Shown: positions 10,308-21,099, counted from the first letter of the stretch. The stretch: 64,000 nucleotides of DNA from Gemmatimonadota bacterium (GCA_965116475.1 OZ220691.1:1856001-1920000); one strand, 5' to 3'. The notes: generated by a model from the letters alone, not told the origin. Numbers and translations: made by a program.

Positions 10308-12221
10308 TCAGCTCCCCGCGTCCGCGAGCGACGAGGTCGGTATCTCCGGCCCCTCGATTCGCTTCCCCTCCCGCAGCGTCACGTACGCCTCCATGGCGTA
10401 ATACGCCGGCAGGCCCAGCGCGGCCAGCCGGTCGGCGGTGTCCCGGTTCCGCTCGACGACCCGCTGCCAGAACTCGCGCGGATCCGGGCCGGGGAAGGGA
10501 GCGAGGTCCTTCTGCGACTCGTGTCGGAAGATCGCCTGGACCTTGCCGCGCAGTTCGCCTTCGGAGAGCGGCACGAGGACGGTCGCTTCGTCCAGGTCCC
10601 ACTCCTGCCACGCGCCGCGGTAGAGCCACAGCCAGGGCGGGTCGCCGCTGTAGCTGGCGAGCGCCGCATCGACCGTCTCAAGGCACATGCGGTGCGTGCC
10701 GTGCGGATCGGACAGGTCCCCCGCGGCGAACACGATCGTCGGCCGCACCTCCTCCAGCAGCTGCGCGACGATCTCCACATCCTCGGACGTGATCGGGTTC
10801 TTTTTCACCGCCCCCGTCTGATAGAACGGCTGGTTCAGAAAACGGGCGCGGTCGGCGGCCAGCCCGAGCGACTCGATCGCCGCCGTGGCCTCGGTCTCGC
10901 GGATGATCCGCTTGAGTTGCTGAACCACGCCGGGATCGACGTCCCCCGGCTCCTTGCGGGCGAGACGGTCTTCGAGCGACCGCAGCACCTCCTCGAGGTT
11001 CGAGGCATCGCCAAGGTCGATGATGCCCGCCGCTCGCCTCAGGAAGTCCAGGTACCGGCGCACCTCGTGGTCGAAGACGGCGATGTTCCCGGACGTCTGG
11101 TACGCCACGGTGATGCGGTTGCCGTTCTCGACCAGCTTGCGCAGCAGTCCGCCCATCGAGATCACGTCGTCGTCCGGGTGAGGCGAAAAGACGACGATGT
11201 CCTGACCCCGCGGCAGCCGGCTCTTCCCCCGGATCTTGGAGATGAGCGCGTTGAAGACCTGTCCGTTGAGCGGCTCGGCCGACCCGTGCCGGGAGGTGAG
11301 CGGGGCGAGGTGGTTCGCGCGATAGTCGTCGGTCGCGAGGTGCAGAATCGACTTGTCGGTGCGTTCGCTCAGCCAGATGACGGCCGCCGTCTCGCGCTCC
11401 GCCGTCCACTCCACATCGCCCACGAGCCACGGCGTGCGGACGCGGGTGAGGTCGGAAGCGGCGGCCGGATCGAGATAGACCGTCGCATGGGCGTGCTGCT
11501 GGAGGAAGGTCGCGGCGACGTCGGCATGGACCTCCCCCTCGACGGCTCGGCGCACGATCTCGGCCTTGTGTTCTCCGGTCGCGAGCAGGACGACCTCCCG
11601 CGCTTCGAGGATCGTGGCCACGCCCATCGTGATCGCCTGCGGCGGCACGTTCTCCTCGCCGAAGAAATCCGACGCGGCATCGCTCCGGGTGACGGTGTCC
11701 AGGTAGAGCCGCCGGGTGCGCGAGTCGCGCTCGGACCCGGGCTCGTTGAAGCCGATGTGGCCGCTGCGCCCGATCCCGAGGATCTGGAAGTCGATCCCGC
11801 CCGCCTCCCGGATTCGGCGCTCGTACTCGACGCAGTGTGCCTCGACCTCCGCTTCCGGCACGTCGCCGCGCGGGATGTGACAGTGCTCCGGAGCGATGTT
11901 CACATGGTCGAACAGGTGCTCCCGCATGTAGCGGCGATAGCTGTGGAGGCTGTCGGGCCGCATCGGGAAGTACTCATCGAGGTTGAAGGCGACCGCGTTG
12001 GAAAAGTCGAGTCCTTCGTCGCGGTGCAGACGGATGAGTTCCCGATAGACGCCGACGGGCGTGGCGCCGGTCGCGAGACCGAGAACGGCGGGGCGTCCGT
12101 TCTCGGCCCGCTTCCGCAGGAGCGCCGCGATCCGGCCGGCGACCTCGGCGGCGATGCTGTCGTGGTCCGGCATGACCCGGACGGGCACGCGTTCCCTCCG
12201 TGCGTGCGCGGCGTCGCTCAT
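10308..12221 (-). CDS. nagB: Glucosamine-6-phosphate deaminase fused to a C-terminal PIG-L/LmbE-like domain
   Basis: LGLATGATP, FNLDEY, GIGRSGHIGFNEPG; C-terminal SPHPDDD and DPHGTH motifs. Confidence 0.9.
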   Translation of the reverse strand: MSDAAHARRERVPVRVMPDHDSIAAEVAGRIAALLRKRAENGRPAVLGLATGATPVGVYRELIRLHRDEGLDFSNAVAFNLDEYFPMRPDSLHSYRRYMREHLFDHVNIAPEHCHIPRGDVPEAEVEAHCVEYERRIREAGGIDFQILGIGRSGHIGFNEPGSERDSRTRRLYLDTVTRSDAASDFFGEENVPPQAITMGVATILEAREVVLLATGEHKAEIVRRAVEGEVHADVAATFLQQHAHATVYLDPAAASDLTRVRTPWLVGDVEWTAERETAAVIWLSERTDKSILHLATDDYRANHLAPLTSRHGSAEPLNGQVFNALISKIRGKSRLPRGQDIVVFSPHPDDDVISMGGLLRKLVENGNRITVAYQTSGNIAVFDHEVRRYLDFLRRAAGIIDLGDASNLEEVLRSLEDRLARKEPGDVDPGVVQQLKRIIRETEATAAIESLGLAADRARFLNQPFYQTGAVKKNPITSEDVEIVAQLLEEVRPTIVFAAGDLSDPHGTHRMCLETVDAALASYSGDPPWLWLYRGAWQEWDLDEATVLVPLSEGELRGKVQAIFRHESQKDLAPFPGPDPREFWQRVVERNRDTADRLAALGLPAYYAMEAYVTLREGKRIEGPEIPTSSLADAGS

Positions 12222-12251
12222 CCGCTCATCCGCCCGTCGCGGGGCAAGACA

Positions 12252-15089
12252 CTAGGGGACCTTCTGCTCCGGGAGCAGCACGAAGCGGGCGTACCGGTCG
12301 GTGCGCAGGTACCGGACGGCGGCCTCCCGCACCTGCTCCGCGGTCCAGCGTTCGATCCACTCGTAGCTCGGGATCTCGTTCAGGTCCCGGCCAGCCCGTT
12401 CGAAGGAGCCCAGTTGCGACAGCCAATACCGGTTTTCCTGCAGGCTCGTCTCCTTCGTGCGGCGCTGCGTCTCGCGGACCTTGTCGACGGTCTCCGCGTC
12501 CGGTCCCTCCGCCTTCAGGCGTTCGATCTCCTCGAACACGACGTCGGACAACTCCTGCGCGCGTTCCGGATCCGAGCCGAAGGAGATGGAGAAGCGGTAC
12601 TCCTCATCGGGCCGGTAGCTCAGCGACCCGCCGACGCCGACGCCGTAGGTGCCGCCGAGGTCTTCGCGCAGCACCTCCCGGAGGCGGATGTCCAGGACGT
12701 CGGCCATGGCCGAGATCGCGTTCGACTCCTCCAGCGAGTATTCCGCTTCGCCCGCGAAGATGATCTGCGTGCGGCTCTGCGGCTCCAGACCCTTGTAGAC
12801 CGTCGTTTCGATCGTCCCCGAAGGCGGATCGATCCCGAGATCGCGCCACTCCTCGACCCGCCCGAGATTCGGGAGCGCCCCGAGGTACTGCTCCACGAGC
12901 GGCCGGATCGTCGCGAGATCGAAGGCCCCGGTGAAGTAGAACGTGAAGTCGCTCGCGTCCGCGAAACGGTCGCGGTAGAGGTCGTAGGCCGCATCGAGGT
13001 CGGCCGCTTCGAGCATGCTCGCGAGTTGCGACAGCCGCAGGACCCTCGGATGCCCCTGGGACATGGTGACCGAGATCGTGTCGGCGAACACGAAGTTGGG
13101 ATTCGCGTCCGCGTTCGCGAGCATCGCCATCTGCTGGGCCTTGAGGGCCTCGAACATCGTCTCGTCCCTGCGTGGCGCGGAGAAGTACAGGTAGATGAGC
13201 TGGAACGCCGTTTCCACATCCTGTGGAGACGCCGATCCTCCCAGCCCCTCGGCGAGCGACCCCACCGAAGGCGACACCCGCACCGCCTTTCCGGCCAGCT
13301 TCTTCCCCAGCGCGGTCTGATCGAAGTCGCCGACGCCGGACTGGCTCACCACGTTCAGCGCGAACGAGACCTTCCGGAAGAGATCGTCGGATATGATCGA
13401 CGTGCCGCCGGGACTGGTCGCGGAGAAGAGGATCTCATCGTCCTTGAAGTCCGTGGGCTTGAGGACGACCCGGACGCCGTTCTCGAGGGTCCATATCGTG
13501 ACGCCCACGTCGTCGAGGACTTCTTCGCTCGCGACGGGCATTCCGTCGGGAACGACGGGAAGGAGCGGGACGTCGGCCGCCTCGTCCTCGTAGGCCTCGA
13601 CCTCCCGCCCGCCCACGGCGGCGAACACGCTCAGCAGGTCCTCCTCCGACGGAGGCTCCAGGCCCTCCTTCGTGGGCGCGCTGGCGAGGACGACGCGTCC
13701 CTGCTCCGCCAGCCACGCCTGCGCGATGCCGTTCGTCTCCTCGAGCGTGATCCCGGGGAGGAAGGCGTCCGCCAGCTCCATCTGCGTCTCGATATCCGGG
13801 TAGGCGCTCCCCTGGAGAAATACCTGGATGTAGCGGTTCGCGAGCGCGACGGACTCCTGGTTCTCGCGCTCGGCCAGGCGGCGCTCGTATCCCCGCCGCG
13901 TGTTGGTCTTCTCGCGATCCAGCTCGCTGGCCGTGAACCCGTTCTGAACCACGCGCTCGGCTTCGGTGAGGAGCGCTTCGAGCCCGCGTTCGATCCCGCC
14001 CTCGGCGACGACCGCGACGAGCTGGTAGGCATCCACGCCGCGCGAGAACTGCCCCTGGCCGGAAAAGCTGAACATGAACGGCGGGTCGGCCTGGAGCCGG
14101 AGTTCGTTCAGGCGCGCGTTCAGCATGCCGGAGTAGAGCCCTTCGACCAGGCCGCGGCGGAAGTCGCCGATCGTACCGCGGGGGGCGGGCGGCTGCTTGT
14201 ACAGCACGCCGACCTGACTACCCTGCGCTTCGGGGTCCGTCGCGATCGTGACGAGCGGCGGATGGTCGATCGGGACTTCCGCCGCGATCCGGGGACGCGG
14301 CTCGGCGGGCCCGGTCAGCCCCCCGAACCGTGCGCGAATCGTCGCTTCGATATCGGCGCCGTCGAAATCGCCGACGGCGATGATCGCCATCAGATCCGGC
14401 CGGTACCAGTCTTCGTAAAAGTCGCGCAGCCGCGCGGCGGGGGCCGTCTCGAGGATCTCCGTCTTCCCGATCGGGAGACGCTCCGCATACAGCGACCCCT
14501 GGAAGAGGACCGGGAACTGCTGGTCCTGTATTCGCGCTCCGGCCCCTCGCCGTCCGCGCCATTCCTCGATGACGACGCCGCGCTCCTTGTCGACCTCCTC
14601 CGGGTCGAAACGCACGCCCTGCGCCCAGTCCACAAGGATCTGGAACGCGGTCGCGAGCGTCTCCGGGTCGTCCATCGGCACCTGGAGCATGTAGACCGTC
14701 TCATCGAAGCTCGTGTAGGCGTTGACGTCGGGGCCGAACTGCATCCCGATCGACTCGAGATAGTCGACGAGCGCCTGCTTCTCGAAGTTCTCCGTGCCGT
14801 TGAACGCCATGTGCTCGACGAAATGCGCCAGCCCGAGCTGGTCCTCGTCCTCGAGGATGGAGCCCGCGTTCACGACGAGGCGCAGCTCCGCCCGGTTCTC
14901 CGGCTGATCGTTCTCGCGCACGAAGTAGCGCAGGCCGTTGTCCAGGGTTCCGGTGATGACGGCCGGGTCGGGTGGAATCGGATCCGTCGCGGCCGGGGTC
15001 TGCCCCGCCGCTCCGGGAGCGGAGAGGGAGGAGAAAAGGGCAATGGCGGTCGTTACGAAAGCGACGCCGGGCAAGCGGGACATCTTCAT
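12252..15089 (-). CDS. Secreted M16 (PqqL-like) zinc endopeptidase
   Basis: Signal peptide; inverted zinc motif HFVEH, NAYTSFDET; four-domain insulinase length (945 aa). Confidence 0.9.
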   Translation of the reverse strand: MKMSRLPGVAFVTTAIALFSSLSAPGAAGQTPAATDPIPPDPAVITGTLDNGLRYFVRENDQPENRAELRLVVNAGSILEDEDQLGLAHFVEHMAFNGTENFEKQALVDYLESIGMQFGPDVNAYTSFDETVYMLQVPMDDPETLATAFQILVDWAQGVRFDPEEVDKERGVVIEEWRGRRGAGARIQDQQFPVLFQGSLYAERLPIGKTEILETAPAARLRDFYEDWYRPDLMAIIAVGDFDGADIEATIRARFGGLTGPAEPRPRIAAEVPIDHPPLVTIATDPEAQGSQVGVLYKQPPAPRGTIGDFRRGLVEGLYSGMLNARLNELRLQADPPFMFSFSGQGQFSRGVDAYQLVAVVAEGGIERGLEALLTEAERVVQNGFTASELDREKTNTRRGYERRLAERENQESVALANRYIQVFLQGSAYPDIETQMELADAFLPGITLEETNGIAQAWLAEQGRVVLASAPTKEGLEPPSEEDLLSVFAAVGGREVEAYEDEAADVPLLPVVPDGMPVASEEVLDDVGVTIWTLENGVRVVLKPTDFKDDEILFSATSPGGTSIISDDLFRKVSFALNVVSQSGVGDFDQTALGKKLAGKAVRVSPSVGSLAEGLGGSASPQDVETAFQLIYLYFSAPRRDETMFEALKAQQMAMLANADANPNFVFADTISVTMSQGHPRVLRLSQLASMLEAADLDAAYDLYRDRFADASDFTFYFTGAFDLATIRPLVEQYLGALPNLGRVEEWRDLGIDPPSGTIETTVYKGLEPQSRTQIIFAGEAEYSLEESNAISAMADVLDIRLREVLREDLGGTYGVGVGGSLSYRPDEEYRFSISFGSDPERAQELSDVVFEEIERLKAEGPDAETVDKVRETQRRTKETSLQENRYWLSQLGSFERAGRDLNEIPSYEWIERWTAEQVREAAVRYLRTDRYARFVLLPEQKVP

Positions 15090-15175
15090 CGCTGAACTCT
15101 CGACAGAGGGAGTGGACTACGGAATGGAAGCCACCAAGATAGCCGACCTTCCCCGGGGACGCATATAGTAGAGGA

Positions 15176-16198
15176 ATGGGAGAAACACGTGGTGTTCAAC
15201 CTCGGTTCGACATGAGATGGCGCGGCGCCTTCACGCTGGCGAAGGTCGTCGCCTGTATCCTGGCGACGGTCGCCGTCATTGCGGCCCTCGCCTGGTCGCA
15301 GGCCCAGCCCCCCACCTCGACCGTGGTTGACGAGGCGACCGGCGTCGGCGCGTCATGGGCCGCGCCCGCGGAAAGGCCCGCCTGGGCCCCGGAGGATTGG
15401 GCGATCTTCGAGGAGAAGGTGCGGTTGGCCGCGGCGCGCGGGCTCGCGGAGATGGACCTGGGCGACGCCATCGTGCAGCTCGCCGAGACCTTCGTCGGGA
15501 CGACGTACGAGCCCGGCACGCTCGAAGTCCCGGGACCCGAACGTCTCGTGATCAACTTCCGCGCCCTCGACTGCGTGACCCTCGTCGAAACCGTCCTCGC
15601 CCTGACGCGGTTCGTCCGCGAGGAGGGTGTCGAGGCCCTTTCGGATCCCCTCGCCGCGCAGGCCGGCTACGAGGCACACCTGACGGCGCTCCGGTACCGC
15701 GGGGGCCGGCTCGACGGGTACCCGAGCCGTCTGCACTACTTCTCGGAGTGGCTCGCGGACAACGAAGCCCGGAGAACGGTGCGCATCGTGACCGGCGAAC
15801 TGGATCCGGCCCTCGATCCGGAGCCGGTGAACTTCATGTCCCGGCACCCGGAAGCGTATCGGCAACTGGCCGAGCCGGGCGTGCTCCGGGCCATCGCGGA
15901 CACGGAGGCGCGGCTCGACGAAGGCCCCGGCCGGGCATACGTGCCGCAGGACCGGATCGCGCCGGTGGCGGACCGGATCCGCAACGGCGACGTGATCGCG
16001 GCCACGTCGACCGTCGAGGGGCTGGACGTCGCCCACACCGGATTCGCCGTGTGGCGCGACGGGGCGCTTCACCTCCTTCACGCCCCCCTGGTCGGCAGAT
16101 CCGTGGAGATCTCGGAACGCCCGCTCGCGGAGCGGATCCTCTCCATCGAATCCCAGGACGGCATCATGGTCGCGCGCCCCGTCGACCCGCCGCGTTAG
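15176..16198 (+). CDS. DUF1460 N-acetylmuramoyl-L-alanine amidase-like protein (NlpC/P60 superfamily)
   Basis: LDCVT catalytic Cys, RLHYFSEW, GLDVAHTG, LLHA; N-terminal hydrophobic segment. The start may be later. Confidence 0.8.
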   Translation: MGETRGVQPRFDMRWRGAFTLAKVVACILATVAVIAALAWSQAQPPTSTVVDEATGVGASWAAPAERPAWAPEDWAIFEEKVRLAAARGLAEMDLGDAIVQLAETFVGTTYEPGTLEVPGPERLVINFRALDCVTLVETVLALTRFVREEGVEALSDPLAAQAGYEAHLTALRYRGGRLDGYPSRLHYFSEWLADNEARRTVRIVTGELDPALDPEPVNFMSRHPEAYRQLAEPGVLRAIADTEARLDEGPGRAYVPQDRIAPVADRIRNGDVIAATSTVEGLDVAHTGFAVWRDGALHLLHAPLVGRSVEISERPLAERILSIESQDGIMVARPVDPPR

Positions 16199-16240
16199 CG
16201 GCCCGGGCCCCCGCGCCGGCCCGGACCGCGCTACAGGCAG

Positions 16241-19200
16241 TTACGAGATCGTGTACGTGACCCCGATCTTGATCCGCCGTCCCTTGGGATCGTGCGTGAA
16301 GCCATCGTACGAAGTTTCCCAGTTGACGAGGGGCGGAGGTGTTCCCAGCAGGTTGAACCCCGTGACGAAACCATCGATTCGGTCGGTGACCTTCATCATC
16401 AAGGTCGCGTCCAGCGTGCCGAAGGAACCGATCACGCGATGATTCTCGTCCGCGGAATCCGGATCGTCGTAGGAGGAAATGTAATAGTAGGCTCCCACCG
16501 CCGTGAGACGCTCCGTGTGGAACCCGACGGAAGCCGTCCACTTCCACTGCGGAAGAGGCCACGCGATGGGGTTGTTCCGGTTGAGAAGTCCGGCCCCGCT
16601 GGTCGCCGCCTGCAGCTCCACGCCTCCTCGCGTGAGGGCCATGATGTCGTACTTGTGCGTGTAGGTGCCGTCGATCCCGAATGACATCTCGGCGTTCCCC
16701 ACCGGCCGGCGCGTCGACACGCTCCAGTCCAGGCCGGATGTCTGCATGCCGGGCCAGTTCACGAGGTCGATCCGAATGCGCTCGATGAGAGCCGCGTCGC
16801 ACGTTCCCGTCCCCCAACCGTCCGGACACTTGATGAACTCCTTCACGGCCTCCCGGCTGGCGCCGCCCTCGTCGTAGAGCCGCGTGACGGCCGTATACGG
16901 AACGACGTTGATGATGTCCTTGAAGTCATACGTCCAGTAGTCGAACGTCGCCTGCGTACGACTCGGGAAATGGAAGAGAACGAGGCCGACGTTGCCCGTG
17001 GTGGCCCGCTCCGGCACCAGATCCTGGCTCCCGTACGTATCCACCGCCTTGTAGACATCCGTCTCCCACACATACTCGAGCGACGTGATCTTGTCCGTGT
17101 TGACATCGTCGACGGACGGGACGCGGAACGTGGACTGCAGGGATGCCCGCGCCGTAAGCTGATAGTCATCGGAGTCCACCAACCGAACGGCGAGGGCCGC
17201 CTTCGGGTCGAAGCTGCTGGCAACATCGTGGAACTCATAGTTGGCGGCGAACTGTAGATCCAGCCGGTCGCCGAGGTTTATCGGCAACTCACCGTAGAAC
17301 CGGTGGACCGTCTGTGAACTCGCATAGGGGAAGTACCCGGTCGTGAACGTGAACGGCCCCGCCTGGTCGAGGCAGCTCCGGTCGCCGGGCACCTGGCAGG
17401 GGTTGAGGCGCTGGTTCCCCGGATCGTTGGGTTGGCCGGTCACATCGAACCAGCGGAACTGGTATCCGATCGCGTACCCGATCGCGTCGTTCAGCGCGTT
17501 GGTGAACGTAGCCTCGGCCGTGAGAAGCTCGGCGGTATTGAAGAGGTCCACCTCGTCGTTGATCCAGTCGATCAGCGCGGGCGAGTTCGCGACCGAGGGG
17601 TCGTAGTCCGGATTGTCCGCGTTGGTGTACGTCGTGCCCGGCTGCTGCGCGCGAAGGATCGCATTGCTGAACGGGTTGTAGAACATGCAGTTGCCCTGGC
17701 CCGCCACGGCGCCGCCCGTGTCTCCGAGGCTCATCCCGGCTGGCGACGTGGGGTCGACGACTACGCCGACTCCGCAGTCCGGTCCCCCGAAGCCGCGAAA
17801 AGCCAGATATTTTCGGTAGGCGTACTCCGCGGGCTGGTTCACGTTGCCCGCCGCCCGAGAGTAGCCGATGGCCACGTCCACCTCGCCCGTCGTGCCGATG
17901 TGGTGGTCCAGCGAAGCCGCGATCCTCTGCGTACGCGACGACCGGCTCAGCGTTCGTCCGGGACCGCTGTTGCCGACCAGGCGCCCGAAGAAGAACCAGT
18001 CGTCCTCGAGGCACGCCGCCTGCGAGGCAAAACCGGCCGCGGTCGCATTCGAGCTGCAGAACGACTGCCTGCCCGGATGCTCGGGCGTGACCACCTGAAG
18101 GCCGTCGTATAGCGAGGTCGGCGGGAAGGAGGGGGTCGTGTACCAGTCAGGGATGGCGGCCTCCGCCCAGAGCCCCTCGACGTGAACCGTGGTGTTTTCG
18201 CTCAACTCGCTGTTCAGCTCGCCGAACACCCGTGCGTGCCACTGGTTCTCGATCAGGTTGTCCCACGGCCCGTATCGGAACCGGCAGGTGAGGCCGGCAT
18301 CCGTTCCGCCCAGACCCTCGCAGCCCGGGTCCACGAACAGACGGGCGTCGCCCTGGCTGTCCCCGTAGTGGGAGCGGATCAGCGCACTGATGAATTCGCC
18401 GGGAGTCTCGGTCCCGGTCAGTGTCGGGCGCAGGAAGGCCCCGGGGTTCCCGTAATAGGACCAGCCGCCGCCGCCCGGCCCGGGGTACGGGCGCAACACC
18501 CAATCGCGCTCCTGGGCCTCCAACTGTCGGCGCATGGCCCAATCGGCCGAAAGGACGGCGCTTGTTCCGTCGCCCAGGCTCGTGCCCCAGATGGCCCCTA
18601 TGTTCGTGTCGCCGGCACCGCTGAAGTAGTCATGCGAAGCGGACAACTCGAATCCCTGGAAATCTCTTCGGGTCACGAAGTTGGCCACGCCGGCCACGGC
18701 GTCGGAGCCGTAGATCGCCGAGGCGCCCTCCTTCAGGACTTCGATACGGTCGAGCGCGATGGAGGGGAAGGCGTTGATGTCCACGAACCGGCCGCCGGGA
18801 AGTCTGGCCGGGGTGTACACCTGGCGGCGGCCGTTCAACAGCGTCAATGTTCGCGAGGCGCCCAGGCCTCGCAGATTGACGTTGGTCGCGGTCTCCGGTA
18901 CGAGCGTCCCGCTTTGATTGTACCAGCCGTTGCGCTCGCCGATCGTGCCGTGGGTGGCGCCGAGTTTCTTGAAGAAGTCCACTGCCTGCGGCGCGCCCTG
19001 CTCGCGCAGTGACTCGCGGTCGGTCACGTCGACTGCGTACGGCAGGTTCTCCGGCGGCGCCGAAAAGTGCGTCCCGGTGACCACGGCCGTCAGCTCCTCC
19101 AACGCGATGGTTCGCTGAGAGGCCAGCTGCATGTCAACGTTCGTGCGCTCCCCGGCCCGAACGACCACGCCCGAACTCACTCCCGCGACGAAGCCGGGTA

Positions 19201-19438
19201 AGGTGAAACGCAGCGAATAGGTACCCGGCGGGAGGCCGGCGAGCGTGTACACGCCCTGCGCGGACGTCATTGCCGAGCGCGATTCGTCGCCGAGAGGCGC
19301 CCCCGTCGCCGTGACGGTGACGGTGGGCATGGCGAGGCCCTCCTCGTTGGTCACCGTGCCGCCGATGGCTCCTTCCTGCGCAAGGGCGGCCGTCGGCCAC
19401 GCGAGCAGAACAAAGGTCGCGAGTCTGGCTCTGAACAT
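16241..19438 (-). CDS. TonB-dependent receptor with N-terminal carboxypeptidase-regulatory-like domain
   Basis: Signal peptide, VVTG TonB box, plug NLRGLGASRTL.LLNGRR / RIEVLKEGASAIYGSDAVAGV, beta-barrel region; GGGAG RBS before ATG 19438 (alternative ATG 19465). Confidence 0.9.
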   Translation of the reverse strand: MFRARLATFVLLAWPTAALAQEGAIGGTVTNEEGLAMPTVTVTATGAPLGDESRSAMTSAQGVYTLAGLPPGTYSLRFTLPGFVAGVSSGVVVRAGERTNVDMQLASQRTIALEELTAVVTGTHFSAPPENLPYAVDVTDRESLREQGAPQAVDFFKKLGATHGTIGERNGWYNQSGTLVPETATNVNLRGLGASRTLTLLNGRRQVYTPARLPGGRFVDINAFPSIALDRIEVLKEGASAIYGSDAVAGVANFVTRRDFQGFELSASHDYFSGAGDTNIGAIWGTSLGDGTSAVLSADWAMRRQLEAQERDWVLRPYPGPGGGGWSYYGNPGAFLRPTLTGTETPGEFISALIRSHYGDSQGDARLFVDPGCEGLGGTDAGLTCRFRYGPWDNLIENQWHARVFGELNSELSENTTVHVEGLWAEAAIPDWYTTPSFPPTSLYDGLQVVTPEHPGRQSFCSSNATAAGFASQAACLEDDWFFFGRLVGNSGPGRTLSRSSRTQRIAASLDHHIGTTGEVDVAIGYSRAAGNVNQPAEYAYRKYLAFRGFGGPDCGVGVVVDPTSPAGMSLGDTGGAVAGQGNCMFYNPFSNAILRAQQPGTTYTNADNPDYDPSVANSPALIDWINDEVDLFNTAELLTAEATFTNALNDAIGYAIGYQFRWFDVTGQPNDPGNQRLNPCQVPGDRSCLDQAGPFTFTTGYFPYASSQTVHRFYGELPINLGDRLDLQFAANYEFHDVASSFDPKAALAVRLVDSDDYQLTARASLQSTFRVPSVDDVNTDKITSLEYVWETDVYKAVDTYGSQDLVPERATTGNVGLVLFHFPSRTQATFDYWTYDFKDIINVVPYTAVTRLYDEGGASREAVKEFIKCPDGWGTGTCDAALIERIRIDLVNWPGMQTSGLDWSVSTRRPVGNAEMSFGIDGTYTHKYDIMALTRGGVELQAATSGAGLLNRNNPIAWPLPQWKWTASVGFHTERLTAVGAYYYISSYDDPDSADENHRVIGSFGTLDATLMMKVTDRIDGFVTGFNLLGTPPPLVNWETSYDGFTHDPKGRRIKIGVTYTIS

Positions 19439-19461
19439 GCTCTTACTCCCTATCTTCGAGG

Positions 19462-21099
19462 TCATCGGATCTCCGGAAAGCCGTCCGGGGGACGGCGGTG
19501 TCGTGTCGCCTGTTCGTACCCGTACGCGAGTCGGAAGAGAACCCCCTCGTCGTACGGTCGCGCGAGAATCTGCAGTCCCGCCGGGAGTCCATCGTACGCG
19601 AAGCCCATCGGAACGGTGATCGCGGGCATCCCGGTGGCGGGAGCCACGCGCTGGCTGTTGTCGCCGCAGTACTCCTCGTCCCCCCTGTCGATATGGGCGG
19701 GCACGCAGAGCCAGGAGGGATATACCACCGCGTCGAGGCCGGCGCCGTCCATCGCCGCGACGAGGTTGGCCAGGTAGGCCTGTCGGCCCTCGTTCTCCTG
19801 GTAATCCGGGCAGGGTTCGTCCCAGTCGGCCGGATGTACGTCGAGCGGCGCCCCCTCGTTCCGCCGCAACGACGCCTGTGCGTAGTCCGAGTAGCGCCCG
19901 TCCTCCAGTACCTCGAGGACATCGGTCATCGGCGCGGCCGGGCCCAGCGACTGCAGGTAGACCCACATGTCATGGCGGAAGCGGCGGCAGAACATTCCCT
20001 CCCGCGCCAGTTCCGCCGCGACGTCGAATTCGAAGGCGTCCACGATATCGGCTCCGAGCGCCCGCAGATCGTCGATGGCCGCTTCGAAGAGCGGCAGAAT
20101 CTCCTCGTCGGTCTCCTCGGGATCCGCCAGCGCGCGCAGCACGCCGATCCTGGCCCCCCGCACCCCGTCGGCGTCCAGGAAAGCCGTGTAGTCGCCTTCC
20201 GCGCGGCCACGCCCCGCTTCCGTGTACGGGTCCGCGGGATCGTAGCCGACCACGACATTGAACACGCGCGCGACATCCTCCACGGTCCGGCCCATCGGAC
20301 CCGCGATATCGCGGTCGAAGGAGAGAGGGATGACCCCGTCGCGGCTGGTGAGGCCGATGGTCGAACGGATTCCGACCAGGGCGAGGTGGGAACTGGGGCC
20401 GCGGATCGAGTTGCCCGTGTCGCTGCCCAGCCCGATGACGCCGAACGAGGCGGCGACCCCGGAGGCCGTGCCGCCGCTGGATCCCGCCGGGACGCGGTCG
20501 AGCGCATAAGCGTTGCGCGTCGTGTCGAAGGAGGAACTGACGGACTGGCGCGGGCTGAAGGCCCATTCCGCCATGTTCGTCTTGGCGATCACGATCGCGC
20601 CGGCCTCGCGGATCTTCCGCACCATGAAGGCGTCGTCGGGCGGAAGGTTTTCCGCGAGGGCGATGGACCCTCCGGTCGTGACCATGTCGTGCGTGTCGAA
20701 GTTGTCCTTGACCAGCATCGGGATGCAGAAGAGCGGTCCCGTCGTCTCGCCGCCAGCCAGCGCCGCGTCGAGCCGGTCCGCGCGCTCGAGCGCCAGCGGG
20801 TTGAGCACGGTGATCGCGTTGATCCGGTCTTCGTAGGCCGCGATCCGGGCGAGATGCCGCTCCACGACCTCGCGGCAGGTGGTCGTCCCATCGCGGATCG
20901 CCGCCTGCACGCCGTCGATCGTCGCCTCCACGACCGGGAAGGCCCCGGCGGCCTCGGCGTCCGGTTCGGGATTGCACGCGACCCCCGTCAGCGCGAGCGT
21001 AGCGGACAGCAACGCCGGAATCGCGTGGCGCTTCCGGTGGAGGCCGCCGTCGATCCGCGGACGCCGGGGCGTGCCGGGTGCGTTGCTCCTCGGTCGCAT
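19462..21099 (-). CDS. Amidase (amidase signature family), probable lipoprotein
   Basis: VKDN, AGSSGG, GSDTGNSIRGP (Ser-cisSer-Lys triad); GVAC lipobox. Confidence 0.9.
   Translation of the reverse strand: MRPRSNAPGTPRRPRIDGGLHRKRHAIPALLSATLALTGVACNPEPDAEAAGAFPVVEATIDGVQAAIRDGTTTCREVVERHLARIAAYEDRINAITVLNPLALERADRLDAALAGGETTGPLFCIPMLVKDNFDTHDMVTTGGSIALAENLPPDDAFMVRKIREAGAIVIAKTNMAEWAFSPRQSVSSSFDTTRNAYALDRVPAGSSGGTASGVAASFGVIGLGSDTGNSIRGPSSHLALVGIRSTIGLTSRDGVIPLSFDRDIAGPMGRTVEDVARVFNVVVGYDPADPYTEAGRGRAEGDYTAFLDADGVRGARIGVLRALADPEETDEEILPLFEAAIDDLRALGADIVDAFEFDVAAELAREGMFCRRFRHDMWVYLQSLGPAAPMTDVLEVLEDGRYSDYAQASLRRNEGAPLDVHPADWDEPCPDYQENEGRQAYLANLVAAMDGAGLDAVVYPSWLCVPAHIDRGDEEYCGDNSQRVAPATGMPAITVPMGFAYDGLPAGLQILARPYDEGVLFRLAYGYEQATRHRRPPDGFPEIR

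Noticed and set aside
10521..15095. 1524-aa + strand ORF and similar long ORFs (for example 49735-52494, 25572-27002 extension, 19498-21159 extension)
   Set aside because: Antisense or alternate-frame shadows of real genes, expected at this GC content; no family motifs.
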